A stretch of DNA of 33,805 nucleotides from a virus (taxonomy: Duplodnaviria; Caudoviricetes), in IMG/VR virus record IMGVR_UViG_3300032321_001491, positions 1-33,805 of that record, one strand, 5' to 3'. The translations under genes and the position numbers were made by a program. Shown piece after piece: positions 33,650 through 33,805 of the stretch; position 1 is the stretch's first letter, and every line of letters begins with the position of its first letter. The notes under the pieces are model-generated. The model was not told where the DNA came from. It worked only from the letters and a program-made list of their open reading frames with translations, and did not search any database.

Positions 33650-33805
33650 ATGACAATCACTAAAGATTCTATTAAAGGGATTACTGGAAGAACAAGGCTC
33701 AATGATATTGAGGCGATTCTGGATGTTCCAGAAGTTAACGCAGATGATATAAGCCATATTGTAAAAACAAATGCTGATTCTATTTTTACTTGGGATTATT
33801 CATCG
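33650..33805 (+). CDS. Truncated CDS, probable ferritin-like (AurF-type diiron) protein N-terminus
   Basis: MTITKDSIKGITGRTRLNDIEAILDVPEVNADDISHIVKTNADSIFTWDY; resembles, from memory, N-termini of actinobacterial ferritin-like proteins; leaderless after TGaTAATAT. Confidence 0.5.
   Translation, partial: MTITKDSIKGITGRTRLNDIEAILDVPEVNADDISHIVKTNADSIFTWDYSS

Overview
Fragment of a tailed dsDNA phage genome. The host is probably an actinobacterium, inferred from many leaderless genes, a PASTA domain and an Acidimicrobiia-like ferritin-like gene at the right edge. (1) About 520-5800 is a visibly more GC-rich array of nine self-contained minus-strand expression cassettes carrying 11 small, mostly unrelated ORFs, plus a tenth degenerate unit. 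Each cassette has the same ~130-bp intergenic element (a duplicated bipartite motif with fixed spacing, a covarying strand-specific hairpin and an extended -10 promoter), an SD-led ORF and a tetraloop terminator-type hairpin; several also have a 5' stem-loop. (2) About 5.9-15.5 kb is an accessory region: a 90-nt structured RNA with an 18-nt stretch antisense to 23S rRNA, FmdB-like and SNase nuclease genes, 2OG-Fe(II) oxygenases, a sulfotransferase, an FkbM methyltransferase, an LLM monooxygenase, and tRNA-Asn and tRNA-Thr each butted against the next start codon. (3) 15.5-28.1 kb holds a GT4 glycosyltransferase, class II RNR, portal, a prohead protease/Dps/scaffold polyprotein, major capsid, structural genes and a fiber protein. 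(4) From 28.1 kb to the end is a PASTA-like protein ending in seven F-x-P-P-x-F repeats, followed by six 2OG-Fe(II) oxygenases, a DUF6065-like protein and a truncated ferritin-like gene, which together suggest a proline-modification cluster. All family calls come from recognising motifs by eye; no searches were run.
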